Shown here: piece after piece, positions 48,558 through 64,000 of the stretch
Numbering within the stretch: the stretch's first letter is position 1
Layout of the letters: each line of letters starts with the position of its first letter
Assembly: GCF_009914755.1 (NCBI RefSeq)
Contig: NC_060934.1
DNA from: the human T2T-CHM13v2.0 reference genome, Homo sapiens
Length of the DNA: 64,000 nucleotides
Reading direction: 5' to 3' (one strand)
Notes under the pieces: model-generated
Databases searched by the model: none
What the model was told of the DNA's origin: nothing
The model's input: the letters and a program-made list of their open reading frames with translations, nothing else
Position numbers and translations under genes: made by a program

Positions 48558-49500
48558 AGCCCCAGCCAGGGACAACCAGCCAGTCCTGACTGGCGACAAC
48601 CAACCAGCTCCAGCCAGGGACAACCAACCAGCCCTGACCAGGGACAACCAACCAGCCCTGACCAGGGACAACAAACCAGCCCCAAACAGGGACAACCAAC
48701 CAGCTCCAGCCAGGGACAACCAATCAACCCCGACCAGGCACAACCAACCCGCTCCAGCCAGGGACAACCAACCAGCCCCAGCCAGAGACAACTCACCAGC
48801 CCCAGGAGGGACAACCAACCAGCTCCAGCCAGGGACAACCAACCAGCTCCAGCCAGGGACAACCAACAAGCCCTGACCAGGGACAACCAACCAGCCCTGA
48901 CCAGGGACGGAACAACCAACCAGCTCCGACCAGGCACACCCAACCAGCCCTGACCAGGGACAACCAACCAGCCCTGACCAGGCACAACCAACCAGCCCCG
49001 ACCAGGCACAACCAACCAGCCCCGACCAGGCACAACCAACCAGCCCCAGCCAGGGACAAACAACCAGCCCCGACCAGGGACAACCAACCAGCCCCGACCA
49101 GGGACAACCAACCAGCCCCGACCAGGGACAACCAACCAGCCCCGACCAGGGACAACCAACTAGCCCTGAGCAGGGACCGAACAACCAACCAGCCCCGACC
49201 AGGCACAACCAACCAGCCCCGACCAGGGACAACCAACCAGCCCCGACAAGGGACAACCAACTAGCCCCAGCCAGGTACAAACAATCAGCCCCAGCCAGGC
49301 ACAACCAGCCAGCCCCGACCACAGACAACCTATCAGCTCCAACCAGGCACAACCAGCCAGCCCCAGCCAGGCACAACCAACCAGCTCCAACCAGGCACAA
49401 CCAACCAGCCCTGACCAGGAACAACCAACCAGCTCCTACCAGAGACAACCAGCCCCCACCAGGAACAGGCAGCCCCAACCAGGGAGAGGCAGCCCCAGCC
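48558..49500. repeat. 24-bp VNTR, consensus ACCAGGGACAACCAACCAGCCCCG, ~39 copies
   Basis: Direct tandem periodicity; 8-aa repeats (GQPTSPDQ, WSGLVGCP) appear in several frames. Confidence 0.95.
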
Positions 49501-50714
49501 ACCCTGCATCGTGGGCCCCTCCCTGATAGTCAGTGGGGACTTCAGCAGAGCAGCCAGTTTTACGTATAAATTTCACCACCCCCTGAGAAACAGGGCTTTC
49601 CCACTTTCTACAAATATGTGTCCAGAGTTTATTTTCCTTCCCCGAGGCTGGGCAGGCCTGGCTTCCTGCTCAGAGACAACACGGGAGGAAGCCGCCCACC
49701 CCAGCGCAGGTTTTTCCACGTTCCCTCCCTTGCCCGTGGAAATACGGAGCTCTTCGCAGAGCCAGGCCCTCCCTGTGCCTCCCTCCCAGCCTCTTCTGAT
49801 GAGACAGCACTGAACCTGGACCAGCCCGGCCCAGTCCAGGGACACTGGAAACTATGAGGCCCAGAGTCCCACGGCCACCTGGGCTGGCACAGAGGAGGTG
49901 ATTGTGTGAACTGCAGCGCCACAGGCCCCAGCCTGGCCATCACGCACAGCACCCTCAGGCCAAGGCTGCCCTGACCTCCCGCTGGGGCCTGCGCAGAGGT
50001 GGGATGACCCAGGCCCAAGTCCCAGCCGCCGAGGGAGAGGAGGACCGCCCAGTAGGGAGCGCCACCTGCCCCTCCTCTGCCTTCTAGGTAGGGGCCTGGG
50101 GCCCTGCCCACGAGCCGCTCTGCCTCCGCCCATCCTGCCAAGCCAGTGCTCCTTCCAGAACGGAAAGGCAACCCGCCACACTGCCTCCCAGATATGGCCT
50201 CCTCTGGCCTTTCTCTGGGAAGCCTCCACCAATTCCCCACAGCTTCCCTTGGCCGGGCCCCACAGCTCTCCTAGAACTCTGATGGCACTAGAAACTGTTC
50301 CTGTACCACCCGGTGCCGCTAGGAGAGGGCAGCGTCCAACAGGAAGACCTGGGCCCGAGACACAACGCCGACTCTCCCCTGCTGTGTGCACTGAAGTTAC
50401 CAAGGAGAGGGAGACTGAAAGACTAAGTGATTAGGTCGTGGATGTGTAGGACTCGTGAAAACTGCCAGCCTAGCACAGTCTAGGGCAGGGCTTCTGAGTG
50501 CAGGCCCCTGATGGCAGAGCATGCACCGGGGAATCTGAGAGGCACACACATGATCAGACTCGCCTCACGCCTGATGGATCAGAAACTCTGGGGTGGGCTC
50601 CAGGAAGGTGTGATCTCAATGCACTGGGCTGGCAAACAGAACCCAGCGCGCTCCCCCGAGGTGCACAGGAGGAGATGCACGCTCAGGCGCAGCACAGGCA
50701 TGGGGCTGTGACCT

Positions 50715-50815
50715 CCTGCAGGTGGGGCCCCACTGTGCTAATCTCTGCACCCCCAGTACCTAGCATGGCATCTGGCACATAGTAGGTGTTTAATAAGTAG
50801 CTCTTAAAGTGAATC
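50715..50815 (+). mobile_element. L2 3'-end fragment
   Basis: ccccagtacctagcatggcatctggcacatagtaggtgtttaataa. Confidence 0.6.
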
Positions 50816-51883
50816 ACTGTGTGAACACTGATAAACAAGAGTGGCTCAGAAGCGTCACCGTGAGCATATGTCACAATTTAGGAAGCAGAGAGTCCAGCTC
50901 AGATGACAGAATAGTAGGCCCAAGCCACTTTCTTGGTCCTGAGCATGACCACCGACGACCGGAGCAGCTTCAACCTGACACGGAGCCAGGCCACACTTCC
51001 TGCACCTCCGTACGTGACCTCCGGGTGTCCCTCGAGTAGCTCACAAGGCCACACCTGGCTGTGGCCAGCTATTCCTTTGTTCGTCCTTCTAGCATGTGGC
51101 GCCTGTTATGTGTGTCCAAGGCCATCCTGAGGATACAGTGGTGAGCAGGACAGACAGCCCCACACTCCCCAGGCTCGCAGTCCAGGGGAGGGGAGAGGAC
51201 AGACAAGTGATCAAGCTACCTGCAAGAAGGTGTGGCAGCACTGTGACAGGGGAGACGTGGGGCTGGGAGACCAAGTACGGGGCAGTGGTCAGGGAAGGCT
51301 GGAAGGACGCCAAGGGGAATATTCTAGGCAGAGAGCACAGCCTGTGCAGAGACCTAGAGCCAGTCAGGAGTCAGAGGCGTGAGGAAGGTGGGGGCTACCC
51401 ACGTGGCGCTGTCAGTCTCTAAAGTCCCTGTATAGAGCACTGTGCCATGAGTGGGGGCACCCTGCCCACACAGGCCTCACAGTCTAGCAGTCATTCAACA
51501 AATACTCGGGCACCATCCTAGATGCTGGGGATACAGTATAACAAAAGCAAAACACGAAGCAAGACTCTTCTCTTGAGGAGCTTGCCTACTCTCGTGGTAA
51601 AGACAGAAAGCAAAGCCAAGAATAGTGCTTCAGGGTCAAGCAGAAGTCATGGATGGAATCCCTGCCCAGGAGAGACTGGGTGGGGCCAAGGAAGTTGAAG
51701 GCCAGTGTCATCACCAGGTAATCAGGAGTTAGGAATGTGCCAGCTCACCCAAGTCACAGCCCTGATCTGGCCTCTGTGACTCCAACCTGATGGTTTCAGC
51801 CTCCCCGTTTGCAATCAAAGGGAAGGTAGCCAGGCTTTCAGGAGAGGAAGGAACAAGGCAGAGAAGACTATGCGAATTAAGCT

Positions 51884-52037
51884 TATTATACTGTACCACC
51901 ATATTGTACCATGAATATTATGCATATTGTACTGATCTATGACATTATACTGGACATGTATTAGACTTATACTGTACTATAATTATGCTACACATATTGC
52001 CCTGTACTAGGCTACACTATATGTACTGTACTACAGT
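51884..52037. repeat. Degenerate ~5-bp periodic simple repeat (TACTG/TATAC-like)
   Basis: Recurrent tatactgtac / tattgtac / tactgtacta motifs. Confidence 0.6.
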
Positions 52038-52619
52038 AAACAGCCTCATGCCCGACTCGTAATCCACATTTAAACGTTCGTGCAACTAAGCTGAGGTTTT
52101 TTTCAGCTGAGAATAAGGAGCCGTTTGTCCTGCTTGGCAGTTGGGACCCGAGAGAGTGTCATGTCCAAAGCTGGTTTTCCATCCGCCCAAGTACCAGATC
52201 TGGTCTAGATAAAGCAAAGGAAGTGGTAAATGACAAGGCCAGGGAGGCTGTTTGTGGGTGAAACCTCACCGAGGCTAAGGCTAATAACACTTAATGGGAG
52301 ACTGAATCCCAGACGTCAGCCGCCCCGGCTGATCCTCTAATGACAGGCTGTGTGGCGAGTGTGCTTCCTGGGTTGGCTGCCATTGGAGGCATCACCATGC
52401 GTGGGTCCTAACCAGGTATTGTCTGAAATAGGGCTTAGAACAAAACCCACCTCACATTCACACTTTCTTCTGTATTTCCAAAAAAGTGTTTAGGAGGGAG
52501 GAAATGGGCAGAGGTAGGAGGTAGAATGACAATGAAGATGGGCTCTGGGTTGGGCCTGCCACTTAACGGAAGGTACGGCCCGGCCCAAGTCACCTCCATT
52601 GCTGGGCTTCAGCGTCATT

Positions 52620-52950
52620 GGATTAGTCAGGATGGATGAGGCTATGCAGTGGTAACAAACAGACCCTGTGATCTCAGCGGCTTAACAAAATAAGCTTATT
52701 TTACTCACACTTTGTGGGCCAGGCATCCTTTTTCTACCCTGTAGCTACACTAGCAGGAACACGTGGCCTCTGATGCTCCCAGAGGCTGTAGGGAAGGAGA
52801 GGGATTTGGAGGGTCTCATGGATTCACTGGAGGGCAGGCCTGAAGCTGGCTGGCATCACCCTTCCACGTCTCACTCACCACACAGCCACAGCCACTGCAG
52901 AGGGACCAGGAAATGCAGTCACCTCTCCAGGAAGCAGCAATGCCATGGGG
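52620..52950 (-). mobile_element. MLT1-family LTR remnant
   Basis: attagtcagg...ggctatgc.gtggtaacaaac...atctcag.ggcttaacaa pattern. Confidence 0.5.
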
Positions 52951-53186
52951 AGAGCACGATCCAGTCCTCACCCCCTCAGCTGTTCAACCCCTTCATTCGC
53001 TCAGTTTGGGGAGGGCACCTAGTATGTGCCAGGCATCATGTTAAGTGCTGGAGCCACAAAGGTCACTGTGTCCTCAATAAGTTCAGTAAGTGAGACACAC
53101 GAAGCGGTGTCACATTAGAATTCTGGACAGGTTTCTGTGGGAGCAGCAAAGAGAGGCACCAACCCAGCCCAGGCAAAGGAGGTGGG

Positions 53187-54378
<1,192 letters not shown>

Positions 54379-54704
54379 CAGAGAAGACAGGGCCCGGCCT
54401 ATGCTGAGTGACTGGATGCCTTGGAGTTAGTGATTCCGGAAGGAAAAGGCAGGCCAGTGCAGAGCCAGCAGCCAGGGCTAAGCCAAAGGGCAAAATGTTC
54501 CCGGCTTGAACAGGGTGACCACACAGCCTACCCACAGACTGGCCAGGGCAGTCCTGGTTATGCTTGGTGTCCCCCAGCCCCTTTTAGTTTCAAAAGCATC
54601 TGTTTAGGATGGACATTACATACTTTCCCTGTGACACTTGCAGAGCTATGGCCCTCTGGGTCCCTAGAACTGGCTGAAGAGGGAGTGGGCCGGGCTGGTG
54701 AGCA

Positions 54705-55016
54705 GAGGCCAGGTTGGGAGGGCAGGGGTGAGTGCAGATGGAGGAGGCCAGGCTGGGAGGGCAGGGGTGAGTGCAGATGGAAGAGGCCGAGCTGGGAGGG
54801 GATGGGTGGGTGGAGATAGAAGAGGCGGAGCTGGGAGGGGATGGGTGGGTAGAGATGGAAGAGGCCGAGCTGAGAGGGGATGGGTGGGTGGAGATGGAAG
54901 AGGCCGAGCTGAGAGGGGATGGGTGGGTGGAGATGGAAGAGGCCGAGCTGAGAGGGGATGGGTGGGTGCAGATGGACGAGGCCGAGCTGAAGGCAGGGGT
55001 GGGTGGAGATGGAGGA
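54705..55016. repeat. 39-bp VNTR, consensus GAGGCCGAGCTGRGAGGGGATGGGTGGGTGGAGATGGAA, 8 copies
   Basis: Units start at 54705, 54744, 54783, 54822, 54861, 54900, 54939 and 54978. Confidence 0.95.
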
Positions 55017-57399
55017 AGCCAAGGGAAGGAAAAGGTGGTGACAAGAGTGGCAGGCACTTTCTGGGAAGCTGGAATAAGGGAAGGCACTGGGAGCCATCCG
55101 CTGGTGCCAGGGAGAGTTCCATTACAAGGAGCAGCTGAACTCAGCTGTCTCCAGAGCCAGGGGCTAGGTGGGCAGCTTCTCCAGAGGAACAAGGGTGCCC
55201 CCCGTCCCTGATCAACTAGGGTGTCTGTCATTCATTGTCGGCCTTACAAAGCTGGTGAGGGAACAAGAAAAAAAATGCACACGAAGTTCAAGTGCTTCAC
55301 ACCTAGCTTTCCAACACATAGGAGGAGACGGCAGGAGGGGTCAGAATCCCCGAACTGTGGGAGGCCTGGGACTCCTAGGTCTCAGCTGGAGCCCCCCAGA
55401 TAAAAGCCCCCTCGGAGACTGGCAGGGGCGGGGTGGGGTTGTTCCAGCAGCCAGTTCCCATCACTCTCCCACTCAGCCAGCAGCCTCCTGAAGGCCCAAA
55501 TCCCGAATCTTTCCTGGCCTTCTTTTCCCCCCAGTGGGGACAGGGCATAGCTGGCCCGTCTCCTGGAGGACAGAGCCAGGAGCAGGCCAGCAGGCCCTTC
55601 ACTTCCTCTGCTGCCAACGTGCGAACACACCCGTGTGTGGTGTCCAAAGCCAAGCCACTCTCTGGCAAACCAGCCAAAGACAGAAGATCCCCAAACCCAA
55701 ATGTTCTGAAATCTTTTCCAGGCTTTCAAACCTTGGCTAAACAAGGCAAAGGAGCTAGGGAACAGTCTTTGGCCTTGAAAGATGAGAAGGTCGAGGGCTC
55801 TCCAGGACACAGGGCAGATGCCTTTGATGGCAGCATTTTATAAAGAGAGAAACAGAACACAGCTAAGTGCTGCTCTGAAGACCCTCTCTTTGAATATCAG
55901 TATTAGGTTATTTCATCTCCACATGGAGCCTGTGGAGTAGGTTCTACTGCAGGAAACTGAGGCACGGAGCAGGTAGATACCGTCCAGATCCCATAGCTGA
56001 TGAATGTCAGAGCTGCGACATGGACCCAGGCTGCCTCGCTCTCAGCTGCGACGCTGAGCCGACCCCTGCACAGGGGCCTTGTTCTCGGTCCTTTCCTGCC
56101 ACTGTGGGAACTGGGAGCCTGGGAGTTACATCGTATGTGACATCAGAGCCAGAGCTGGCACAGGGTCACAGGGCACAGGGTCACAGGGCCTACAGCTTAG
56201 ATGCTTTGAGGGACACTTCTTAAGGTCAAGACTATAAAACTGTGACTGTGAAGAGCTCAGGCTTCAAAGCAGCCCAGGCCAGCCAGGGAGGCTGAGCTGG
56301 AGGCTTCTCTAGCCTCGTGGGAGATGGGCCCTGCCCCAGGGGACCTCCCCGATGATCTATGCCAGGGCTTCCCGGAGCCCCTTCTCCTCCAGGCAAGAGA
56401 AGCCATGTCCCGAAAGCCCCGCAGGAGGGGTCTGAGGGGAAATCCAGAAGCAGCCCAGCCTCTCGTCACGCACCACTGAGGCCGACACCCGGGTGGGGCC
56501 CAGATGCCGAGTGATTCAGGGGAGGCCTTGGCAGCCTGCCTGCCCCCAGACACTCGAGTAACCAGGGCAAGATGTGGAAAACCCCCTGACCAGACCCGAA
56601 ACCAGTGGGAGCGTTCAAGTTTAACCCACCCAGGGTCGGGAACGTGGCCTGAAGCCAAAGTAGAAGCCCTGGAGGAGAAAAGGGCCCATTTCTTTCCTGG
56701 GCACCGCCAATGGCTTTTCCTTTTTAAGAGGCACAGACAGGGTCACAGATGGCCCCAGGCAGATGCCTTGGTATGGAGGGACCAGTCCACTGCAGGCCCT
56801 ATCTTGGGTTTCGAAGATTCAAACACCACCAGCACCACCGACTAGAATGTTCTGTGCCATGGAAGGCCCTCATTGGCCACATCCCTCTTGCTTCCTGAAC
56901 AACGGCTGGGCAAGGCTGAGGTCTGCGGGGCAGGATGGCCTCTGCAGAGGAAGGCATCAGGGCCCAAGTGAGGGAAGCCTGGGTCCTGGGTCCAGAGGCC
57001 CGGTGTGGCATGGCAAAGGCCAGGTGGGGTGAGGAAAGCTACTGGGCAGCAGGGGGCCTGGTGCTGAGTGTCAGAGCCGGGGGCAATGGGGGGAAGGCAG
57101 CGTCCCCAGGGAGGAGGCAGCGCCCCCAGGGAGGAGGCAGCATGGGATGAGGCCAGTCACAGACGAAGGGAGGGACCCAGCATGTCCAGAAGAACAAATG
57201 AGCTCACCAGGGCGCAGCTGCTCACACCTGTCATCCCAGCACTTTGGAAGGCTGAGACGGGAGGACCGCTTGAACTCAGAAGTTCCAGACCAGTCTGGCC
57301 AAAATGGAGAAACCCTGTCTTCACAAAACAAACAAACAAACAACAAAAAAATGAAAAATTAGCTGGGCATGGTGGCACACACCTGCAGTCCCAGCTACA

Positions 57400-59590
<2,191 letters not shown>

Positions 59591-59982
59591 AATCCCTCTA
59601 TCAGTCTTCCATCAAATTCCAGGTCTCAGAGATGGCAGGGAACTCAGGAGAACCTTCAGGCATGGAAGGGTTTTATTATTCCCATTTTACAGGAGAGATT
59701 GTTGAGACACAGTGGGTAATGCAGTAGGCCTTTGGCCACCTATTTAATAAGTGGGCTGAAGGTGGAGATGGCAGGAGCCTGGCATAGAGCGGCCCAAGTT
59801 CCCAGCCAGCCTTCTGCAGGTGCACCTCCCACCAGGACCTGGTGCTTCTGCAGTGGAGGCCATTCCCAATTAGGTCATTTCCACCTTAAAAGATCAATGC
59901 TGGCCGGGTGCGGTGGCTCACGCCTGTAATCCCAGCATTCTGGGAAGCCGAGGTGGGTAGATCACCTGAGGTCAGGAGATCA

Positions 59983-60196
<214 letters not shown>

Positions 60197-61451
60197 TCAA
60201 TGCCATCCCAAGCAGAAAAGAAAAAGCCATAGAGTATTAGGCATGGACTTGATGATCAGAGCTAAACTGGGATAGCTGGGCCCATCTATCTATTTATAAA
60301 GTCCTCTCAACAACAAAATCCTCCCTCGCAGCCCCTTCAGGTACCCTGAGGGGAGAGGGCAGGGCAGGTGGAGAAGGAATTCATCAAGTAAAACTTTCCC
60401 CAGGAGAGAGGTAGGGGCCACTCGTGAAAGGACAATGAGACAAAGATATTTATTTTAAGGGAGCGAGTCCCTTGCTCAAAGATGCGAAGATGCAGAAATG
60501 GAAGGTAAGAGCAGGAGTTCTGTGGGAAGCAGAAGCGGCACTTGTTCTTGCCCTTAAAGGTCGTGAGAGATGCTCTCGTCTGTGCCTGGACAAGTAGGCC
60601 CCAGGGGACCACCTACCCTCCCCACAGCACAGCCCAGACCCAGCTGGACAACAGAAGGCCAAGCTCATCACTGAGGTGAGAAGTCAGGAAGGGTGCCAAG
60701 CTCCCCTGGTGGGTGTGTGGCAGCACCAGGGCCTAAGCGTAGGCAGGCTGGCTCCAGGACTGTGTCAGGCTGTCCCTTGGGACACAGAACTGATGCCATC
60801 TGGGTGGTTTTCCACTTAAGTCAAACTACGAGACATCAAATCAAAGATGGTCGCCGTCTCTGAGAAATGCAATCCACCATAGACTTGAATTTAAAAGTTT
60901 CCCCAGGTTCCTGGGGTGACAGAGCATTATGGAGGGACAATGACGTTTGTTTTTACAAACAGAGAAACTGGTCTACAGCCACTCCGTGACTGGTGAACAG
61001 AATCTTTTCCCCCTGCCCTCAGTTTGAATGAAATAACCAGGGTCAGTTCCCCTTTCTAGAAGCACTGGCCAGTCCGCCCACCAAGTGGCCACAGGCCCGC
61101 AAGGAAGGAGGCTGCCTGGAATAGCTTTCTTTTCTGTTTTCCTACAAACTGACCCCAATATGTAGTCCCTGTGACCCCAGGCAGATGAGACCCAGCATAT
61201 GCTGAGCCCTGTAGCGTGGTGTTCCATAGGCATGAGGAATTACAAAACCACTGCACCCAGAGCGAGGGCATCGGGAGCCCCGCTGAGCTCTGAGCTGCGG
61301 TAGTAGCATCGCAGCTTACCTCTGTAATAAACAGACCCAAACAACACTGGCTTAGACAGAATCGGTGCCACTGCCATGCCGGAGTTCCAGTGGTGGACAG
61401 AGCCAGTATGGCAGCTCCACAACCATCAGGGATTCAGAGCCCCTCAACTTA

Positions 61452-61778
61452 CAGTCTTGGGCTGCATAACGATGGCACACTGGCGACAGACTGCATATAC
61501 AACGGAAGTCCCGTAACATTAGAATACCGTATTTTTACTGTACCTTTTCTATGTCTAGATACACAAACACCACTGTTACAACTACCTCCAGTATTCAGTG
61601 CGGTCACACACCGCCCAGGTTTGCAGCCCAGGAGCAATACTCCGCCATGTAGCCTGGGTGTGTAGCAGGCTCCCCGGTCTAAGTGTGTAAATACATTCTA
61701 TGATGTCCTCACAGCGAGAAGATCGCCTGGTGACTCATTTCTCAGAATGCATCTTCGTCATTAAGTGAGGTGTGACCT
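61452..61778 (+). mobile_element. Tigger3a (MER7-type) DNA transposon
   Basis: TA-cagtc...gcataacga start; internal ccgtatttttactgtaccttttctatg; end catttctcagaa...ttaagtga. Confidence 0.8.
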
Positions 61779-62065
61779 TATTTTCTCTGCCATCCTCAAC
61801 ACGTACTTCCATGTTGGGACCCAAAATAACCGTTCCAGTTACTGCCATCATATTCAGAGTCAAGCCAAAACGAAGGCAGCCTAGAAAAAAGTGAGGACAC
61901 ACCACTTCCTTTCAAACACACCACCCAGAATTCATACACATCTTGTTCATTCCCACTCCATGAGCCAGGATTTCTGTCACATGGTCACGGTCAGCGGAAG
62001 GTGAGGCTGAGAACCTAGCAACTCTAGTACTTCGTGAAAGGGTGAGAATGCACAGTAGGGCATGA

Positions 62066-62326
<261 letters not shown>

Positions 62327-63349
62327 TAGCCAGGATGATTTTGATCTCCTGACCTCGTGATCCACCCGCCTTGGCCTCCCAAAGTGCTGGGATTACAGGC
62401 GTGAGCCACTGCACCCGGCTGAGTTGTGCATTTTAGCTGCTAGCATCAAGAACTTCCTTTTCTGCCGCCCTAGCACAGCCAGGTCTAAACTGGAGCCAAT
62501 TTTCTTAGCTAAGAAGTGCACACTGGACCTGAGCCAGACTAGACCAGAGTGTCCCCTCAGCCTCTCAGGACAGTCTCACTCTGTTTCCTGGGCTGGAGTG
62601 CAGTGATGTGATCTCAGCTCACTGCAACCTTCACCTCCCAGGTTCAAGCAATTCTCCTGACTCAACCTCCTGAGTAGCTGGGATTACAGGCGCCCATCAC
62701 CACACCTGGCTAGCTTTTGTAGTTTTAGTAGACAAGGGTTTTCATCATGTTGCACAGGCTGGTCTGGAACTCCTGACCTCAGATGATTCGCCCGCCTCGG
62801 CCTCCCAAACTGCTGGAATTACAGGCCTGAGCCGCTGCCGCCCCAGCCCAAAATCTACTATTCCACACTCTCTTGCCTGTTGGCTGGGTCCGTCCCTTCT
62901 GCTCAGAAGGATCAGGCCTCCCAGCCTCCTGCTCTGTCACTGGGGAGTCAAGCTCCTGGGCATCCACCTCTACACAGTGAGCCTCAGTCTGGCCAGCAAA
63001 GATGAGACAGGGGGGCAGGAACAGGCAGTGGGCCCCCAGGAGAACCAAGGCTCTCTTGGCCAAGGTGAATTTTCAAGCTCATCAACCAGTACCAGCATCG
63101 CCTACAGATGTAGAGGTGAGGGCAGCCCGGGCTGCGGACCCAGCCTGAGCCAATGTTGCTGGCAGACAAAAGGCAAAAATGCCCCATGCCCACCAGCAGA
63201 CCCAATGCGGGAGTCCCGAGAGACTGGGATATGGTCCTCCAGTAGCCAGGCTGCACGTGTCGCTGGCAGTGGCATCCCTGGGGCTCCTTTCAACCCAGCC
63301 GGCTTAAAGGAGCTCTAGGGCCCACAGGAGGGGCCATCTGGCCTGGGCA

Positions 63350-64000
63350 TTCAGGCAGCTTCAGCAGGCGGCAGGGACGGGAAACTCAGCCCACGCGTCT
63401 AACAGCTCTGCAGGCTGGAAGGGGCCACGGAGCCTGGTGATAACATAAAGCTTCAGTGTCGGAGTTACTAGACTGGGTAGCTTGTGGCGGGCGAGTTACC
63501 TGATGCCTACACGTCCTGGTTTCCCATCTATGACACGGAGACGGTCATTCCTGTGTGGTGGATGGCAACACGTGGCGCGGAGGGAGCCCTTGCTATACCC
63601 GCCGCTGGCATAGCGCGTCTCTGTGCCTCGGTTTCGTCACGCAGACAGGCGAGCAGACCGTCCACCCGGCACGGCAGACGAGGAGGGCACCGGGCCCCGC
63701 CTGCCTCCTCCTTGTTTCTCCTCTGCAGTCCCAGGTCTCGGCTTAGCTGTCTCCTCCGGGAAGGCCCGTGCTGGCCCGCCTGCTCCCGGGAGGTCGCACT
63801 GGCCTTCGGTGCCGAGGTGGGTGCGCCATCTTCTTTGCGTGTCTTGTCCCTTCTGCTGCGTCCTGGCCGATGTCGTGACCCGCCGTGACGGGCAGGGGAG
63901 GCAGAGCCGAAAGGCCCAAGCAGGGTGCCGCACTCCGTGCTAACGGTAAAGTGGAGGGCCGGGTAAGCAGGAGGCCACCAGAGCAGCTGCCGCACGCGGT
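63350..64000 (-). promoter_or_regulatory. PROSER2-AS1: CpG island, probable promoter/first exon region of antisense lncRNA PROSER2-AS1 (continues beyond the window)
   Basis: CpG-dense non-repeat sequence; minus-strand donor CAG|GTAACT at 63502-63494. The identity comes from recalled locus organisation. Confidence 0.55.

Noticed and set aside
48558-49500. CRISPR-like appearance of the periodic array
   Set aside because: Units are contiguous with no unique spacers, there are no cas genes, and the DNA is human.
48360-49502. Long repetitive ORFs (up to 335 aa) on both strands
   Set aside because: They result from a stop-poor 24-bp unit (a multiple of 3); there is no splice or promoter support.
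54558-55231. ORFs of 146-213 aa with 13-aa repeats
   Set aside because: They are 39-bp VNTR artefacts.
57046-57060. CTCF-like motif gcagcagggggcc
   Set aside because: Only a partial consensus match; it cannot be supported without a PWM scan or ChIP data.
63484-63995. Overlapping 98-155 aa ORFs in the edge CpG island
   Set aside because: Expected from GC content; mostly non-ATG starts and no recognisable protein.

Overview
Human (primate) genomic DNA, very rich in Alu and old L1/L2/DNA-transposon remnants. The window holds the three coding exons and the 3' UTR of PROSER2 (C10orf47, proline- and serine-rich protein 2) on the + strand: join(21513..21650,35970..36222,38938..39854) = 1308 nt = 435 aa + stop, with canonical GT-AG junctions. 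The non-coding first exon must lie upstream of the window. Downstream are a ~940-bp 24-mer VNTR (G/T-rich on the minus strand), a 39-mer G4-forming VNTR and a CpG island at the right edge, which is probably the 5' end of the antisense lncRNA PROSER2-AS1 (recalled, not demonstrable from sequence). Most ORFs in the supplied track are Alu, VNTR or GC-content artefacts. I found no new gene system that I can support. The best second-look items are: (1) fossil templated insertions, namely a piece of PROSER2 3' UTR copied into an Alu and a direct-plus-inverted fold-back copy in an old L1; (2) a strong-Kozak uORF; (3) a 221-codon alternative frame in the last exon that exon-3 skipping would open without triggering NMD; (4) a switch-region-like G-skewed VNTR in the path of antisense transcription. 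Repeat boundaries and subfamilies were read by eye and are approximate.
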